From NCBI GenBank assembly GCA_019358915.1, contig JAHHIM010000055.1, positions 160,001-224,000 of the forward strand: DNA of 64,000 nt. The letters run 5' to 3'. A program made the translations under genes and the position numbers. Shown here one piece after another: positions 8,957-18,932 of the stretch; positions within the stretch are counted from its first letter, which is position 1; the number at the start of each line of letters is the position of its first letter. Origin of the DNA: Trichormus sp. ATA11-4-KO1 (GTDB lineage: Bacteria > Cyanobacteriota > Cyanobacteriia > Cyanobacteriales > Nostocaceae). The notes beneath the pieces are model-generated. The model worked only from the letters and a program-made list of their open reading frames with translations. It did not search any database and had not been told where the DNA came from.

Positions 8957-9757
8957 TTAGCTTGCTTTTGCTTTTATTTGAATAATGGTTTGTTCTATAA
9001 ATTGCAAGTCAAGGAATTGATTATTAATATATGCTGTTAGTTCTTCTAGTTGTTTGTGAATACTATCGGCAGTTTGTTGGTGAGTATACTTACACATCAA
9101 TGCCTCACGTGCCAAGTCTTCACTACCTTTTTTCATAGCTAATAAAGCTATTTGATGGCAAGATGTGACTTTATTTTGAGCTTGTTTATAATTTTCTCGT
9201 ACTCTGTTTTGATCAGTTTTAGTAGAATGGATATTCTGAATAATGATTTGTTTGACTTGGTTGAGGGATTCAATCATTTGCTTTGAATCATTAGTATTCT
9301 TATCTCCATTAAGGAGCTGGAATACACCATAAGCACCAAGTCCCACAACTGCACCAGCCGCTGTTACAGGAGCCATACCGATGCTAAATCCCGTTCCGAC
9401 TGCTAGTAATCCCATATTGCCAATGGTGCTAGAAACTCCTACACCACCTGCTGCTCCCAATGCAGCTGCACCTAACGCTAGAGAGTCTCGGTTTTCTATT
9501 CCCTTTTTTGCTCCATAAGCGGCTGTACCAGTAACTGCTCCTACAGCTAGTAAATGAGGCGCACCAATACCAATAGCTGTTCCTGCGGCTGCTAATCCCA
9601 TGCCACCCACTGTGTCAGATACAACAGCACCAGCCACTACTCCGCCACCAATAAATGCTGCTTTTTCTGCTTGATGGAAATCTACCTGTTTAAAGTTACC
9701 TAGTGTGCTATTGACATTTGCACGGACAATACCATTGATGCGCTTACCTAGTCCCAT
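8957..9757 (-). CDS. PspA/Vipp1(IM30)-like protein with an inserted duplicated glycine zipper
   Basis: MGLGKRINGIVRANVN resembles PspA helix 0; ALLAMKKGSEDLAREAL resembles the PspA hairpin tip; about 120 aa Gly/Ala-rich insert between them. Confidence 0.7.
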   Translation of the reverse strand: MGLGKRINGIVRANVNSTLGNFKQVDFHQAEKAAFIGGGVVAGAVVSDTVGGMGLAAAGTAIGIGAPHLLAVGAVTGTAAYGAKKGIENRDSLALGAAALGAAGGVGVSSTIGNMGLLAVGTGFSIGMAPVTAAGAVVGLGAYGVFQLLNGDKNTNDSKQMIESLNQVKQIIIQNIHSTKTDQNRVRENYKQAQNKVTSCHQIALLAMKKGSEDLAREALMCKYTHQQTADSIHKQLEELTAYINNQFLDLQFIEQTIIQIKAKAS

Positions 9758-9924
9758 AGTTTTGCGTTTCTTTCTCAGGGTTAATACGTTTAGAAAACGT
9801 AGTCGATAATACTTTAATTCAGTTTAATTCATGTATAGCTGAAATCTGGATTTTTGCACTGAAATTTTGTGTAAGATACAGCATTCCGCTATCTTAAATT
9901 TTGAGATAACAAATTGCGCTTAAC

Positions 9925-11118
9925 ATGACTTCAGTTTCTCCTCACAAAAAAGCCAAAGCCCTCAAATCTACTAGCCGTCGCCCTGCTAAAGAACTTTGTA
10001 GCGAGTGCGGACTGTGTGACACATACTATATTCATTATGTCAAGGAAGCCTGCGCTTTTATTAATCAGCAGATAGGCGAACTAGAAGAACAGACCCACAG
10101 GCGATCGCGTGATCTAGATAACGAAAATGAACTATACTTCGGTGTGCATCAAGATATGATGGCAGCCCGAAAACAACACCCCATAGAAGGCGCGCAATGG
10201 ACGGGTATCGTTAGTAGTATTGCCATTGAAATGCTCAATCGTGGTTTAGTTGAAGGTGTTGTGTGTGTGCAGAACACCAAAGAAGACCGCTTTCAACCCA
10301 TGCCTGTTATCGCCCGTACCCCAGAAGAAATACTGGCAGCCAGGGTAAATAAACCAACATTATCGCCCAACCTTTCTGTCTTGGAACAAATAGAGCGATC
10401 GGGGATGAAGCGATTATTAGTAATTGGTGTGGGTTGCCAAATTCAAGCACTTAGGGCTGTGGAAAAACAACTGGGTTTAGAAAAGTTGTATGTCTTAGGT
10501 ACACCTTGCGTAGACAACGTTACCCGTGCTGGGCTGCAAAAATTCTTAGAAACTACCAGCCGGTCGCCTGAGACGGTGGTACATTATGAATTCATGCAAG
10601 ACTTCCGGGTGCATTTTAAACATGAAGATGGCTCCACAGAAACCGTGCCATTCTTTGGTTTGAAGACGAATAAACTTAAAGATGTCTTTGCCCCTTCCTG
10701 TATGAGTTGTTTTGATTACGTCAACTCCTTGGCAGATTTAGTTGTCGGTTATATGGGCGCACCCTTTGGCTGGCAGTGGATTGTGGTCAGAAATGATACA
10801 GGAAGGGAGATGTTGGACTTGGTGCAAGACCAGTTAGATACTCAGCCGGTGATGTCCCAAGGGAATCGGAAAGAAGCGGTGCAACAGAGTATTCCTGCTT
10901 ACGATAAAGGTGTGACTTTGCCGATGTGGGCGGCGAAGCTTATGGGTGTGGTGATTGAGAGGATTGGGCCGAAGGGTTTGGAGTATGCACGGTTTTCTAT
11001 TGATTCGCATTTTACGCGGAATTATTTGTATGTGAAACGGAATCATCCGGAAAAGTTAGAGGAGCATGTGCCGGAGTTTGCTAAGCGGATTGTGGGGGAG
11101 TATAAGTTACCGGAGTAA
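9925..11118 (+). CDS. bciB: Ferredoxin-dependent 8-vinyl chlorophyllide reductase (FrhB-like family)
   Basis: PAKELCSECGLC, GAQWTGIV, GVGCQ, GTPCVDN, SCMSCFDY motifs. Confidence 0.85.
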   Translation: MTSVSPHKKAKALKSTSRRPAKELCSECGLCDTYYIHYVKEACAFINQQIGELEEQTHRRSRDLDNENELYFGVHQDMMAARKQHPIEGAQWTGIVSSIAIEMLNRGLVEGVVCVQNTKEDRFQPMPVIARTPEEILAARVNKPTLSPNLSVLEQIERSGMKRLLVIGVGCQIQALRAVEKQLGLEKLYVLGTPCVDNVTRAGLQKFLETTSRSPETVVHYEFMQDFRVHFKHEDGSTETVPFFGLKTNKLKDVFAPSCMSCFDYVNSLADLVVGYMGAPFGWQWIVVRNDTGREMLDLVQDQLDTQPVMSQGNRKEAVQQSIPAYDKGVTLPMWAAKLMGVVIERIGPKGLEYARFSIDSHFTRNYLYVKRNHPEKLEEHVPEFAKRIVGEYKLPE

Positions 11119-11188
11119 GTTTCACGCAAAGGCGCAAAGGCGCAAAGAAAAGAGTGAGAAGGACTTCTTTGCGTGACACAATCTTAAC

Positions 11189-12436
11189 TCATGTAACTTG
11201 CGACACCGCCACCATCGCCGCCTCTAGCGCGATCGCCACATGAGTCCAATGAGTCCCCCCTTGGCAATACACCACATAAGGCTCTCTTAAAGGCCCATCC
11301 GCCGAAAACTCCAAAGTACTCCCCTCAATAAACGTCCCCCCAGCCATGATTACCTGGCTCTCATATCCCGGTATGTTATCGGGTATCGGGTCTAGGTAAG
11401 AACCCACAGGTGAATGCTGCTGTATCGCCTTACAGAAAGCAATTAACTTAGCAGCAGAACCCAGCTTAATCGCCTGAATTACGTCCCCACGCGGCGCTAA
11501 AGGTGCAGGATTTACCGGATAACCCAACTTATCAAACACATAACCAGTTAAATGAGTCCCCTTCATCGCCTCCCCTACCATCTGGGGAGCTAAAAATAAG
11601 CCTTGGAACAACAACCGATTTTGGTCAAAGGTTGCACCCCCATAACTACCAATACCAGGAGCCGTTAACCGACAAGCAGCTGCTTCTACTAAATCAGCAC
11701 GACCGGCAACATAACCGCCAGCTGTCACAATTGTCCCGCCAGGATTTTTAATCAATGACCCCGCCATTAAGTCAGCACCGACATCTGTAGGTTCCCTGGT
11801 TTCAATGAATTCGCCGTAACAGTTATCGACAAAGCAGACAGTGTTGGGGTTTTGCTGTTTAACTAGGTGAACGATTTTTTCTATATCCGCAATTGATAAA
11901 CTCGGTCGCCAGGAATAGCCACAAGAACGCTGAATTAATACTAAACGGGTATTCTCAGTCACACTTTGAGATAAGGTTTGCCAATCTATAGTTCCTGCTA
12001 GGGTTAACTCCAATTGACGGTAATTTATGCCAAACTCAATAAGAGAACCTTGACCTTTACCCCGTAAACCAATGACTTCTTCGAGCGTATCGTAAGGAGA
12101 ACCGACTACTGCTAACATTTCATCTCCAGGACGGAGAACACCAAATAAAGCACAGGCGATCGCATGAGTTCCAGAAACAAACTGCACTCGCACAGCCGCA
12201 GCTTCAGCACCCATGACTTCGGCAAAAACTTTATCTAAAGTTTCTCGTCCTAAATCATTGTGACCATAACCACTAACACCAGCAAAATGGTGTGCCCCTA
12301 CACGGTAATTACGAAAAGCATCTAAGACTCTTTTCAGATTATGCTTGACCTGAGCGTCAATTCCAGAAAAAATCTCTATCAGTGCCTGTTCTGCTAGCCG
12401 CATCTGTTCCAAGCTGTTCATCAGTTCCTCTTTCAA
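11189..12436 (-). CDS. PLP-dependent methionine gamma-lyase family / YnbB-like protein
   Basis: VSGTHAI, DNCYGEF, GSLIKNPGG (PLP Lys), MAGGTF motifs. Confidence 0.9.
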   Translation of the reverse strand: MKEELMNSLEQMRLAEQALIEIFSGIDAQVKHNLKRVLDAFRNYRVGAHHFAGVSGYGHNDLGRETLDKVFAEVMGAEAAAVRVQFVSGTHAIACALFGVLRPGDEMLAVVGSPYDTLEEVIGLRGKGQGSLIEFGINYRQLELTLAGTIDWQTLSQSVTENTRLVLIQRSCGYSWRPSLSIADIEKIVHLVKQQNPNTVCFVDNCYGEFIETREPTDVGADLMAGSLIKNPGGTIVTAGGYVAGRADLVEAAACRLTAPGIGSYGGATFDQNRLLFQGLFLAPQMVGEAMKGTHLTGYVFDKLGYPVNPAPLAPRGDVIQAIKLGSAAKLIAFCKAIQQHSPVGSYLDPIPDNIPGYESQVIMAGGTFIEGSTLEFSADGPLREPYVVYCQGGTHWTHVAIALEAAMVAVSQVT

Positions 12437-12506
12437 AAAAAATTATAGATATGCGGATTTTCCAATCGCGCAGATTAGGCTGGACAATTTCAATTCGGGT
12501 TATTGC

Positions 12507-13325
12507 ATGACAATTGCTACTTCAACTAAACCTCAAGTTAACTGGGTAAATACCCTGTTTTTCGTTTTTCTACACATCGGCGCTCTTTTTGCCTTTGTTC
12601 CTAGTAACTTTAGCTGGGCGGCCGTTGGTGTGGGTTTCTTTCTCTATTGGGTGACAGGTGGTCTAGGCGTTACTCTAGGATTTCACCGCCTTGTTACCCA
12701 CCGCAGTTTTCAAACTCCCAAATGGCTGGAGTATTTCTTGGTTTTTTGTGGGACATTGGCCTGTCAAGGAGGGCCAATTGAGTGGGTAGGTACACATCGC
12801 ATTCATCATTTACATTCTGATACCGAACCAGATCCCCATGATTCTAATAAAGGCTTCTGGTGGAGTCACATGGGTTGGCTAATTTATCACTCTCCCTCTC
12901 ACGCTGATGTGCCTCGGTTTACCAAAGATATTGCCGAAGACCCAGTTTATCAGTTTTTACAAAAATATTTCATTTTGATCCAGGTGGCTCTGGGTTTATT
13001 ACTCATGTATCTGGGTGGCTGGTCTTTCGTGGTTTGGGGAATTTTTGCTCGCATTGTCTGGGTTTACCACTGTACTTGGTTGGTGAACAGTGCTACCCAC
13101 AAATTTGGCTATCGCAGCCATGATTCAGGCGATCGCTCAACTAACTGTTGGTGGGTCGCCGTGCTAGTGTTCGGTGAGGGCTGGCATAATAACCACCATG
13201 CTTTTCAATACTCCGCTCGTCACGGGCTGGAATGGTGGGAAATCGATTTAACTTGGATGACAATTCAACTGCTGCAAGTACTTGGTCTGGCTACTAATGT
13301 CAAGTTGGCAGACAAAAAGCAGTAA
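12507..13325 (+). CDS. desC: Delta-9 acyl-lipid desaturase
   Basis: His boxes HRLVTH, HRIHH, HNNHH. Confidence 0.92.
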   Translation: MTIATSTKPQVNWVNTLFFVFLHIGALFAFVPSNFSWAAVGVGFFLYWVTGGLGVTLGFHRLVTHRSFQTPKWLEYFLVFCGTLACQGGPIEWVGTHRIHHLHSDTEPDPHDSNKGFWWSHMGWLIYHSPSHADVPRFTKDIAEDPVYQFLQKYFILIQVALGLLLMYLGGWSFVVWGIFARIVWVYHCTWLVNSATHKFGYRSHDSGDRSTNCWWVAVLVFGEGWHNNHHAFQYSARHGLEWWEIDLTWMTIQLLQVLGLATNVKLADKKQ

Positions 13326-13342
13326 TTTCCTTGCTTCATGGT

Positions 13343-13378
13343 CAATAGTGGATAAATTACAGAATTTATTCACTATTG
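13343..13378 (+). terminator. Stem-loop after desC (terminator or mRNA stability element)
   Basis: CAATAGTGGATAAATT-acag-AATTTATTCACTATTG, 16-bp stem. Confidence 0.55.
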
Positions 13379-13567
13379 GCGAAAAAATAATTTCTACCAG
13401 CAACTAATAACCATTCACACCCTCGGAAATATTTCCTATAGCTACTAAAAATAGTGCGCTTGTGTAGCTTAGGTTGCTATAATCCGAGACGCTAATGTTA
13501 AGAAATTTTGCGGCAAGTCGCTTTTTTTGGTGACTTGACGGAAAAGTGTGTTGTTTTCCAGGTGTTC

Positions 13568-14620
13568 ATGACTACATCAATAATCAACAGCCAGAAACTA
13601 GGTAACGACCTTGGCGATTCCAACCTGAAGTTAAAAGATATTATCAAAAGCTTGCCACGAGAATGTTTTCAGCAAAACCGACGTAAAGCTTGGACACAAG
13701 TGCTGCTCAGTGTCTTTATGGTTGGCTTGGGCTACTTTTTTCTGACAATCAGTCCTTGGTTTCTCTTGCCCCTAGCTTGGATTTTTACGGGTACTGCTTT
13801 AACAGGATTTTTCGTAATTGGCCATGATTGTGGTCACAGGTCTTTTGCCAAACGTCGTTGGGTAAATGATTTGGTGGGGCATTTGTTTATGATGCCTTTA
13901 ATTTATCCCTTTCACAGTTGGCGGATTAAGCATAATTATCACCATACTCATACCAATAAGTTGGATGAGGATAATGCTTGGCATCCCATTAGAACACACG
14001 TGTTTGCAAATTGGACTTGCTTACAACAGTTTGCTTTTGAAGGGTTCATGCGTAAGCGCCTGTGGTGGTTAGGTTCCATTGGACACTGGGCAGTCGTGCA
14101 TTTTGATTGGCAAAAATTTAAAACCAAAGACCAATCAAGCATCAAGCTTTCTGTGGCTGTAGTAGTTGTGTTTGCCGCGATCGCTTTTCCTCTGCTGATT
14201 GCTACAACTGGTATTTGGGGATTTGTCAAGTTTTGGCTACTGCCCTGGATGGTTTACCATTTTTGGATGAGTACCTTTACCATCGTTCACCACACTGCCG
14301 CAGATGTTCCTTTTGCAGCAGCGAACAAGTGGAATGAGGCTTTAGCACAGCTATTTGGTACCATTCATTGTGATTATCCCCGTTGGGTAGAAATCCTGTG
14401 TCATGATATCAATGTTCATGTTCCGCATCACATTTCTACTGCTATTCCTTCTTATAATTTGCGGCTGGCCCATAGCAGCATTAAGGAAAATTGGCAGCCT
14501 TATCTACATGATGAATGTCAGTTTTCTTGGTCTTTAATGAAGCAAATTACAGACCAGTGCCAACTATATAAAACGGATGTTGGTTATAAGTCTTTTAACG
14601 AATATTACGCAGAACAATAA
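13568..14620 (+). CDS. desA: Delta-12 acyl-lipid desaturase (ATG at 13568)
   Basis: HDCGH, HNYHH, HVPHH boxes; position in the des cluster. Confidence 0.9.
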   Translation: MTTSIINSQKLGNDLGDSNLKLKDIIKSLPRECFQQNRRKAWTQVLLSVFMVGLGYFFLTISPWFLLPLAWIFTGTALTGFFVIGHDCGHRSFAKRRWVNDLVGHLFMMPLIYPFHSWRIKHNYHHTHTNKLDEDNAWHPIRTHVFANWTCLQQFAFEGFMRKRLWWLGSIGHWAVVHFDWQKFKTKDQSSIKLSVAVVVVFAAIAFPLLIATTGIWGFVKFWLLPWMVYHFWMSTFTIVHHTAADVPFAAANKWNEALAQLFGTIHCDYPRWVEILCHDINVHVPHHISTAIPSYNLRLAHSSIKENWQPYLHDECQFSWSLMKQITDQCQLYKTDVGYKSFNEYYAEQ

Positions 14621-14815
14621 ACATCACTGCAAATAGATTTTCTATGAGCAACTCACGCTTTTGCAATCACAAGAGCGTTTGTTTTTCTGCAAATTAAATA
14701 GATTCTGGTAATTTTTTTAGGTAAATTACCAGAGATTATCTTCTTGTGTATTAGTGCAAACTGATACTAGAGACATTCCAAACAAGTCCGAATTTACATC
14801 CCAAAAAAGAATCCA

Positions 14816-15883
14816 GTGCAATCAAACTCCATAACTTTCAATAATCCTGATGACTGTGAACCATCTGAAGATACAACCAAACTTCCCTTTACTCTTCAGG
14901 ATTTGAAAGCGGCAATACCTGCTGAATGCTTTCAGCCAAGTGTGACAAGATCCCTATTTTACTTCTTGCGCGACATCCTGATTATCAGTCTGCTTTATGC
15001 AATTGCTAATTATCTGGATTCTTGGTATTTTTGGCCTATTTTCTGGGTTATGCAAGGAACAATGTTTTGGGCTTTGTTTGTAGTCGGACATGACTGCGGA
15101 CACCAGTCTTTTTCTAAACAGAAATGGCTTAATGATTTGATTGGACATTTATCTCACACACCAATCCTAGTTCCTTATCACGGTTGGAGAATTAGTCACA
15201 GAACTCATCATAAAAATACTGGCAATATCGATAATGATGAAAGCTGGTATCCTGTGACAGAATCACAATATAAGGAAATGCCCTTCCTGCAAAAGATAGG
15301 CAGATATTATGTGTTCCTGTTGGCTTATCCAGTGTATTTATTCAAGCGTTCTCCTAATAAAGAAGGCTCTCACTTTTCGCCTAGTAGCCCACTTTTTAAG
15401 CCATCTGAAAAAGGGGATATTATTACCAGTACTCTACTCTGGATTGGTATGGTAGGCTTGCTAGGTTTCTTCACCTATCAATGGAGTTGGATGTGGTTGC
15501 TCAAATACTACGCTATGCCCTACATTGTGTTTGTAATTTGGCTAGATTTGGTAACATTTTTGCATCATACTGAGCAAGATATTCCCTGGTATCGTGGCGA
15601 AGATTGGACTTTTCTGAAAGGTGCAATTTCTAGTATTGATAGAGATTACGGTTTGGTGAATCACATCCATCACGATATCGGTACTCATGTTGCTCACCAT
15701 ATTTTCCTCAACATTCCGCATTACAATTTGCTGAAGGCGACGGAAGCGATTAAACCGGTGATGGGTGAATACTTCCGCAAGTCTGAGGAACCTATTTGGC
15801 AATCTTTACGGCGTTCTGCTATTAGCTGTCATTTTGTTCCGGATACAGGTAGTAAGGTTTATTACACCTCGAAGAATAAATAA
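14816..15883 (+). CDS. desB: Omega-3 (delta-15) acyl-lipid desaturase
   Basis: HDCGH, HRTHH, HVAHH; WALFVVGHDCGH. Confidence 0.92.
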   Translation: MQSNSITFNNPDDCEPSEDTTKLPFTLQDLKAAIPAECFQPSVTRSLFYFLRDILIISLLYAIANYLDSWYFWPIFWVMQGTMFWALFVVGHDCGHQSFSKQKWLNDLIGHLSHTPILVPYHGWRISHRTHHKNTGNIDNDESWYPVTESQYKEMPFLQKIGRYYVFLLAYPVYLFKRSPNKEGSHFSPSSPLFKPSEKGDIITSTLLWIGMVGLLGFFTYQWSWMWLLKYYAMPYIVFVIWLDLVTFLHHTEQDIPWYRGEDWTFLKGAISSIDRDYGLVNHIHHDIGTHVAHHIFLNIPHYNLLKATEAIKPVMGEYFRKSEEPIWQSLRRSAISCHFVPDTGSKVYYTSKNK

Positions 15884-15921
15884 ATTGCCTCGCAGACCAG
15901 AAATCTGGGGTTATATAAATG

Positions 15922-15946
15922 AAGTCCGTGTAAGCGGGCTTTTTTT
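15922..15946 (+). terminator. Intrinsic terminator after desB
   Basis: AAGTCCGT-gtaa-GCGGGCTT followed by T-run. Confidence 0.7.
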
Positions 15947-16066
15947 GTCTCGCGCAAAGGCGCAAAGACGCAAAGAAAGATAATGAGTTTTGTTTCTTGA
16001 ATTGAATGGTATTGAGGAATAGTCAGGTTACTATAAATTTAAAGTGAACTATATCTGAAAAGTTGT

Positions 16067-16621
16067 ATGACTCTTAATATTGAGGATGTAGAAAGACTGC
16101 AACAAAAGCTACAAGAAGATGAGCAGGACTACCAAATAGAACTGCAAGAAGGAAATATTTTAGTTATGAGGCCATCGGATATTGAGTCTAGTGAAATCGG
16201 CGCTGAGTTGATCAGATTATTAGGTAATTGGATAAAACCTCGTAAACTTGGGCGGATATTTGACTCAAGTGGTGGGTTTATAATGCCAAATACAGATTTG
16301 CGCGCTCCTGATGTTTCTTTTGTAGCGGCGGCGAGATTAAAACGCACTGTGAGAGATTTTGGTCAGTTGGTACCTGATTTGGTTGTGGAAATAAAATCGA
16401 AAACAGACAGAATGTCTAAGTTAGAAGATAAAGTTAAATTATTTTTAGAATTAGGTGCAAAAGTAGGAATATTAATTAATCCAGATGAGTTAACTGTGAG
16501 TGTATATCGTCCCAATGGTGATGTTGAAATTTTGACTGGTGACGATAAGTTAACTATTAATGAGTTATTTCCTAGTTGGGAAGTTGCTATTTCTGAATTA
16601 TGGCCACCTATATTTGAGTAA
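16067..16621 (+). CDS. Uma2 family PD-(D/E)xK endonuclease
   Basis: RAPDVSFV and PDLVVEIKS motifs. Confidence 0.9.
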   Translation: MTLNIEDVERLQQKLQEDEQDYQIELQEGNILVMRPSDIESSEIGAELIRLLGNWIKPRKLGRIFDSSGGFIMPNTDLRAPDVSFVAAARLKRTVRDFGQLVPDLVVEIKSKTDRMSKLEDKVKLFLELGAKVGILINPDELTVSVYRPNGDVEILTGDDKLTINELFPSWEVAISELWPPIFE

Positions 16622-16688
16622 TTCAATTAGCAAGACTTTTCTGCAACTAAATAAGCTTTTTTCCAGGAAAAGACTCAATGGATCTGGT

Positions 16689-17135
16689 TTATTCTTGACT
16701 TGGATCTGATTGCGGCGGATGCCAACCTGCTTCTACCCAAAAACGACGAGCCACTTGAATCGAAGGCTCATCTCGCCGTTCATCGTTGAAGTCAAAGCGA
16801 GCGCTTGTTGCTCTTCCTATAGGTGTTATACCTACGATCTTGGTTCCTTCTTTTGTCCAAACAAAATGCTCAGACCATTTTTGCTGACGGGGATTAAACA
16901 GAGAGACTTTTTCTTGAGTTTGAGGGTCAGCAGCTATTATGAAATTATAGTGACGCTCATTACAGCGATGACAAGCTAATGCCAAATTATCCAGTTCATC
17001 AGAGCCACCCAAAGACTGCGGCATGATATGGTCAATGGTAAAACGGTCTGGACTCAAGTATTCGGGAGAGTGACAATATTCGCAAAGGAATTTAGCTCGT
17101 TGTCTTACAAGTCTTCGAGTTTGTTCGGACACCAT
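16689..17135 (-). CDS. HNH endonuclease
   Basis: CEYC...IDHIMP.S.GG....NLALAC..CN. Confidence 0.9.
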   Translation of the reverse strand: MVSEQTRRLVRQRAKFLCEYCHSPEYLSPDRFTIDHIMPQSLGGSDELDNLALACHRCNERHYNFIIAADPQTQEKVSLFNPRQQKWSEHFVWTKEGTKIVGITPIGRATSARFDFNDERRDEPSIQVARRFWVEAGWHPPQSDPSQE

Positions 17136-17374
17136 TGACTTTTCGCCGCTAGTTGAGCATTAATCAAGGTAAAGATTCGCTCTAATTCGGAGATACCCAT
17201 ATATTCGGCTTCTTCTTCAGGAGTGAGTGTATCAGTTTTTTTCTTTTCTAAAAGTTGTTCAAAACGTGACTGTAGTTCCTCGGTAAATTTAAATAAGTAA
17301 ATGTTACCAAATTCGCTCATCCTGATCCCAGAAGATATTAAGGATGATGGTTGAATCATTGATTGAGTAGTCAT
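17105..17374 (-). CDS. Small helical protein overlapping the HNH gene (antitoxin-like)
   Basis: 89 aa, RFEQLLEKKK..LTPEEEAEY; 31-nt overlap with the HNH start. Confidence 0.7.
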   Translation of the reverse strand: MTTQSMIQPSSLISSGIRMSEFGNIYLFKFTEELQSRFEQLLEKKKTDTLTPEEEAEYMGISELERIFTLINAQLAAKSQWCPNKLEDL

Positions 17375-17662
17375 TTTGTGTTCACTTTACTTTGGTTATA
17401 TTATGCTTCAATTAATTTATGATTATAGCAATTTATATTAAATGAGAATGTATTCATACTAGTGTCAAACACTAATAAATAATAGTCAAATTTTTCTCGA
17501 TTAGTAGTACTGACACAACTAAAATAGTTAATTTGGGAAATTTGTCTGTGTTTGAGTGATTCAATTAGCAATGATTTTTCTGGCATTAGACGTATAGCAG
17601 AACAAGTTGGATTCTCAGGGGTGATTACTCTTTGTGGCATAATCATTTAACGTTTCCTACTG

Positions 17663-18928
17663 CTAAAATCGGCCATTTCCCTGAACAATGTGCTTCACCG
17701 TCGTTAGGGTTTCCAAACTAATAAATCCCCGGCGGTGTCCTTTTTGATTGGACATACCGAGAAATACTGAATCTCCCCGTGAAGGGTTGCGAGAAAAACG
17801 CGGCGAGGTGTTGATGTAGGTAGAGGCGCTGTTCACACCTAAAGCAAACTGGCGACTTTCTTGATAGGATTCCGTGACAATACAATCAGCATGACCGCTA
17901 CTGTGTTGATTAATCCAGGCGATCGCATCTTCTAAACTATCTACTAGTTTAAAGGCGACTGTCTTAGTTAAATAAGCGCTTCCCCATTCTTCGTCTTTCA
18001 CCAGATGCAAGTGGGGGAAAGCTTCTACTAGTTCTTCATCTCCTTTAATTTCAAAGCCTTTTTCTTTTAAGCTGTTCCACAAAACTGCCAAAGATGAGGG
18101 CATAGCTTGGCGATGAATAAGTACTTTTTCAATGGCGTTTACTGGATCTGGTTCACTCTCATGGCTATCCATAATCATCCAGCGCACCATCTCTAAGCTG
18201 CTATTGAGCGACCAGTAGAGGTAACAGTTACCCATCGCTGACTTTAAGACTGGACAAGTTGCTTGTCGCATTACTTGCTGGACTAAGCTAGAACGTCCGT
18301 AGGGAATTACTAAATTCAAGTACTGGTCTTGGGTGACTAAATCCCGAATTGAAGCACCATGTTCTGCTGTAATCAGTTCTAAACAGCCTGGTGGTAGACC
18401 TACTTCTTCAATAGCATTTTGCAGTACATTAGCGATCGCCTCATTGGAATGACTAGCTTCTGTACTACCTTTAAGAATCAGACTATTGCCAGTTTTTATA
18501 CATAAACCCGCCGCGATCGCTCCTAAATCAGGAAACGCCTCATAAATAAATCCAATCACTCCCAAAGGCATTAACTGAGTGTAACTTTGGGAATCTTCTA
18601 GTTGATAGTCAGCGTTCCTGACTCGCCGCAGTGGATCTGATAATTCCCCCAAGCGTTGCAGGATTTCCACTGTCGCCTCTAGCCTGGTGGGAGTTAGCTT
18701 CAGCCAATCTAAAATTAGCTCTGGTACTGCCATTTCTTTGCTGGCTTCTAGATCCAAAGTGTTGGCTTCCAAAATGTCGTCAAACGAGTCTTGCAGTGCC
18801 TGTGCCATTGCCAATACAGCACGACTGCGGTCTACTCCCTTGGTAAACCCCAACTTTAGGGAAGCTTGATGAGCGCGTTTAGCGCTAGTAATTGGTTCGG
18901 GGTAATCATCCAAAACTTCAACGGTCAT
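17663..18928 (-). CDS. proA: Gamma-glutamyl phosphate reductase-like protein (ProA paralog without the catalytic Cys)
   Basis: MPLGVIGFIYEA, KTGN.LILKG, HSSGH; PDPVNAIE at the usual xCNAxE position. Confidence 0.8.
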   Translation of the reverse strand: MTVEVLDDYPEPITSAKRAHQASLKLGFTKGVDRSRAVLAMAQALQDSFDDILEANTLDLEASKEMAVPELILDWLKLTPTRLEATVEILQRLGELSDPLRRVRNADYQLEDSQSYTQLMPLGVIGFIYEAFPDLGAIAAGLCIKTGNSLILKGSTEASHSNEAIANVLQNAIEEVGLPPGCLELITAEHGASIRDLVTQDQYLNLVIPYGRSSLVQQVMRQATCPVLKSAMGNCYLYWSLNSSLEMVRWMIMDSHESEPDPVNAIEKVLIHRQAMPSSLAVLWNSLKEKGFEIKGDEELVEAFPHLHLVKDEEWGSAYLTKTVAFKLVDSLEDAIAWINQHSSGHADCIVTESYQESRQFALGVNSASTYINTSPRFSRNPSRGDSVFLGMSNQKGHRRGFISLETLTTVKHIVQGNGRF

Positions 18929-18932
18929 TGAA

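Noticed and set aside
17401..17646. 81-aa ORF in the AT-rich spacer
   Set aside because: No motif; composition looks non-coding
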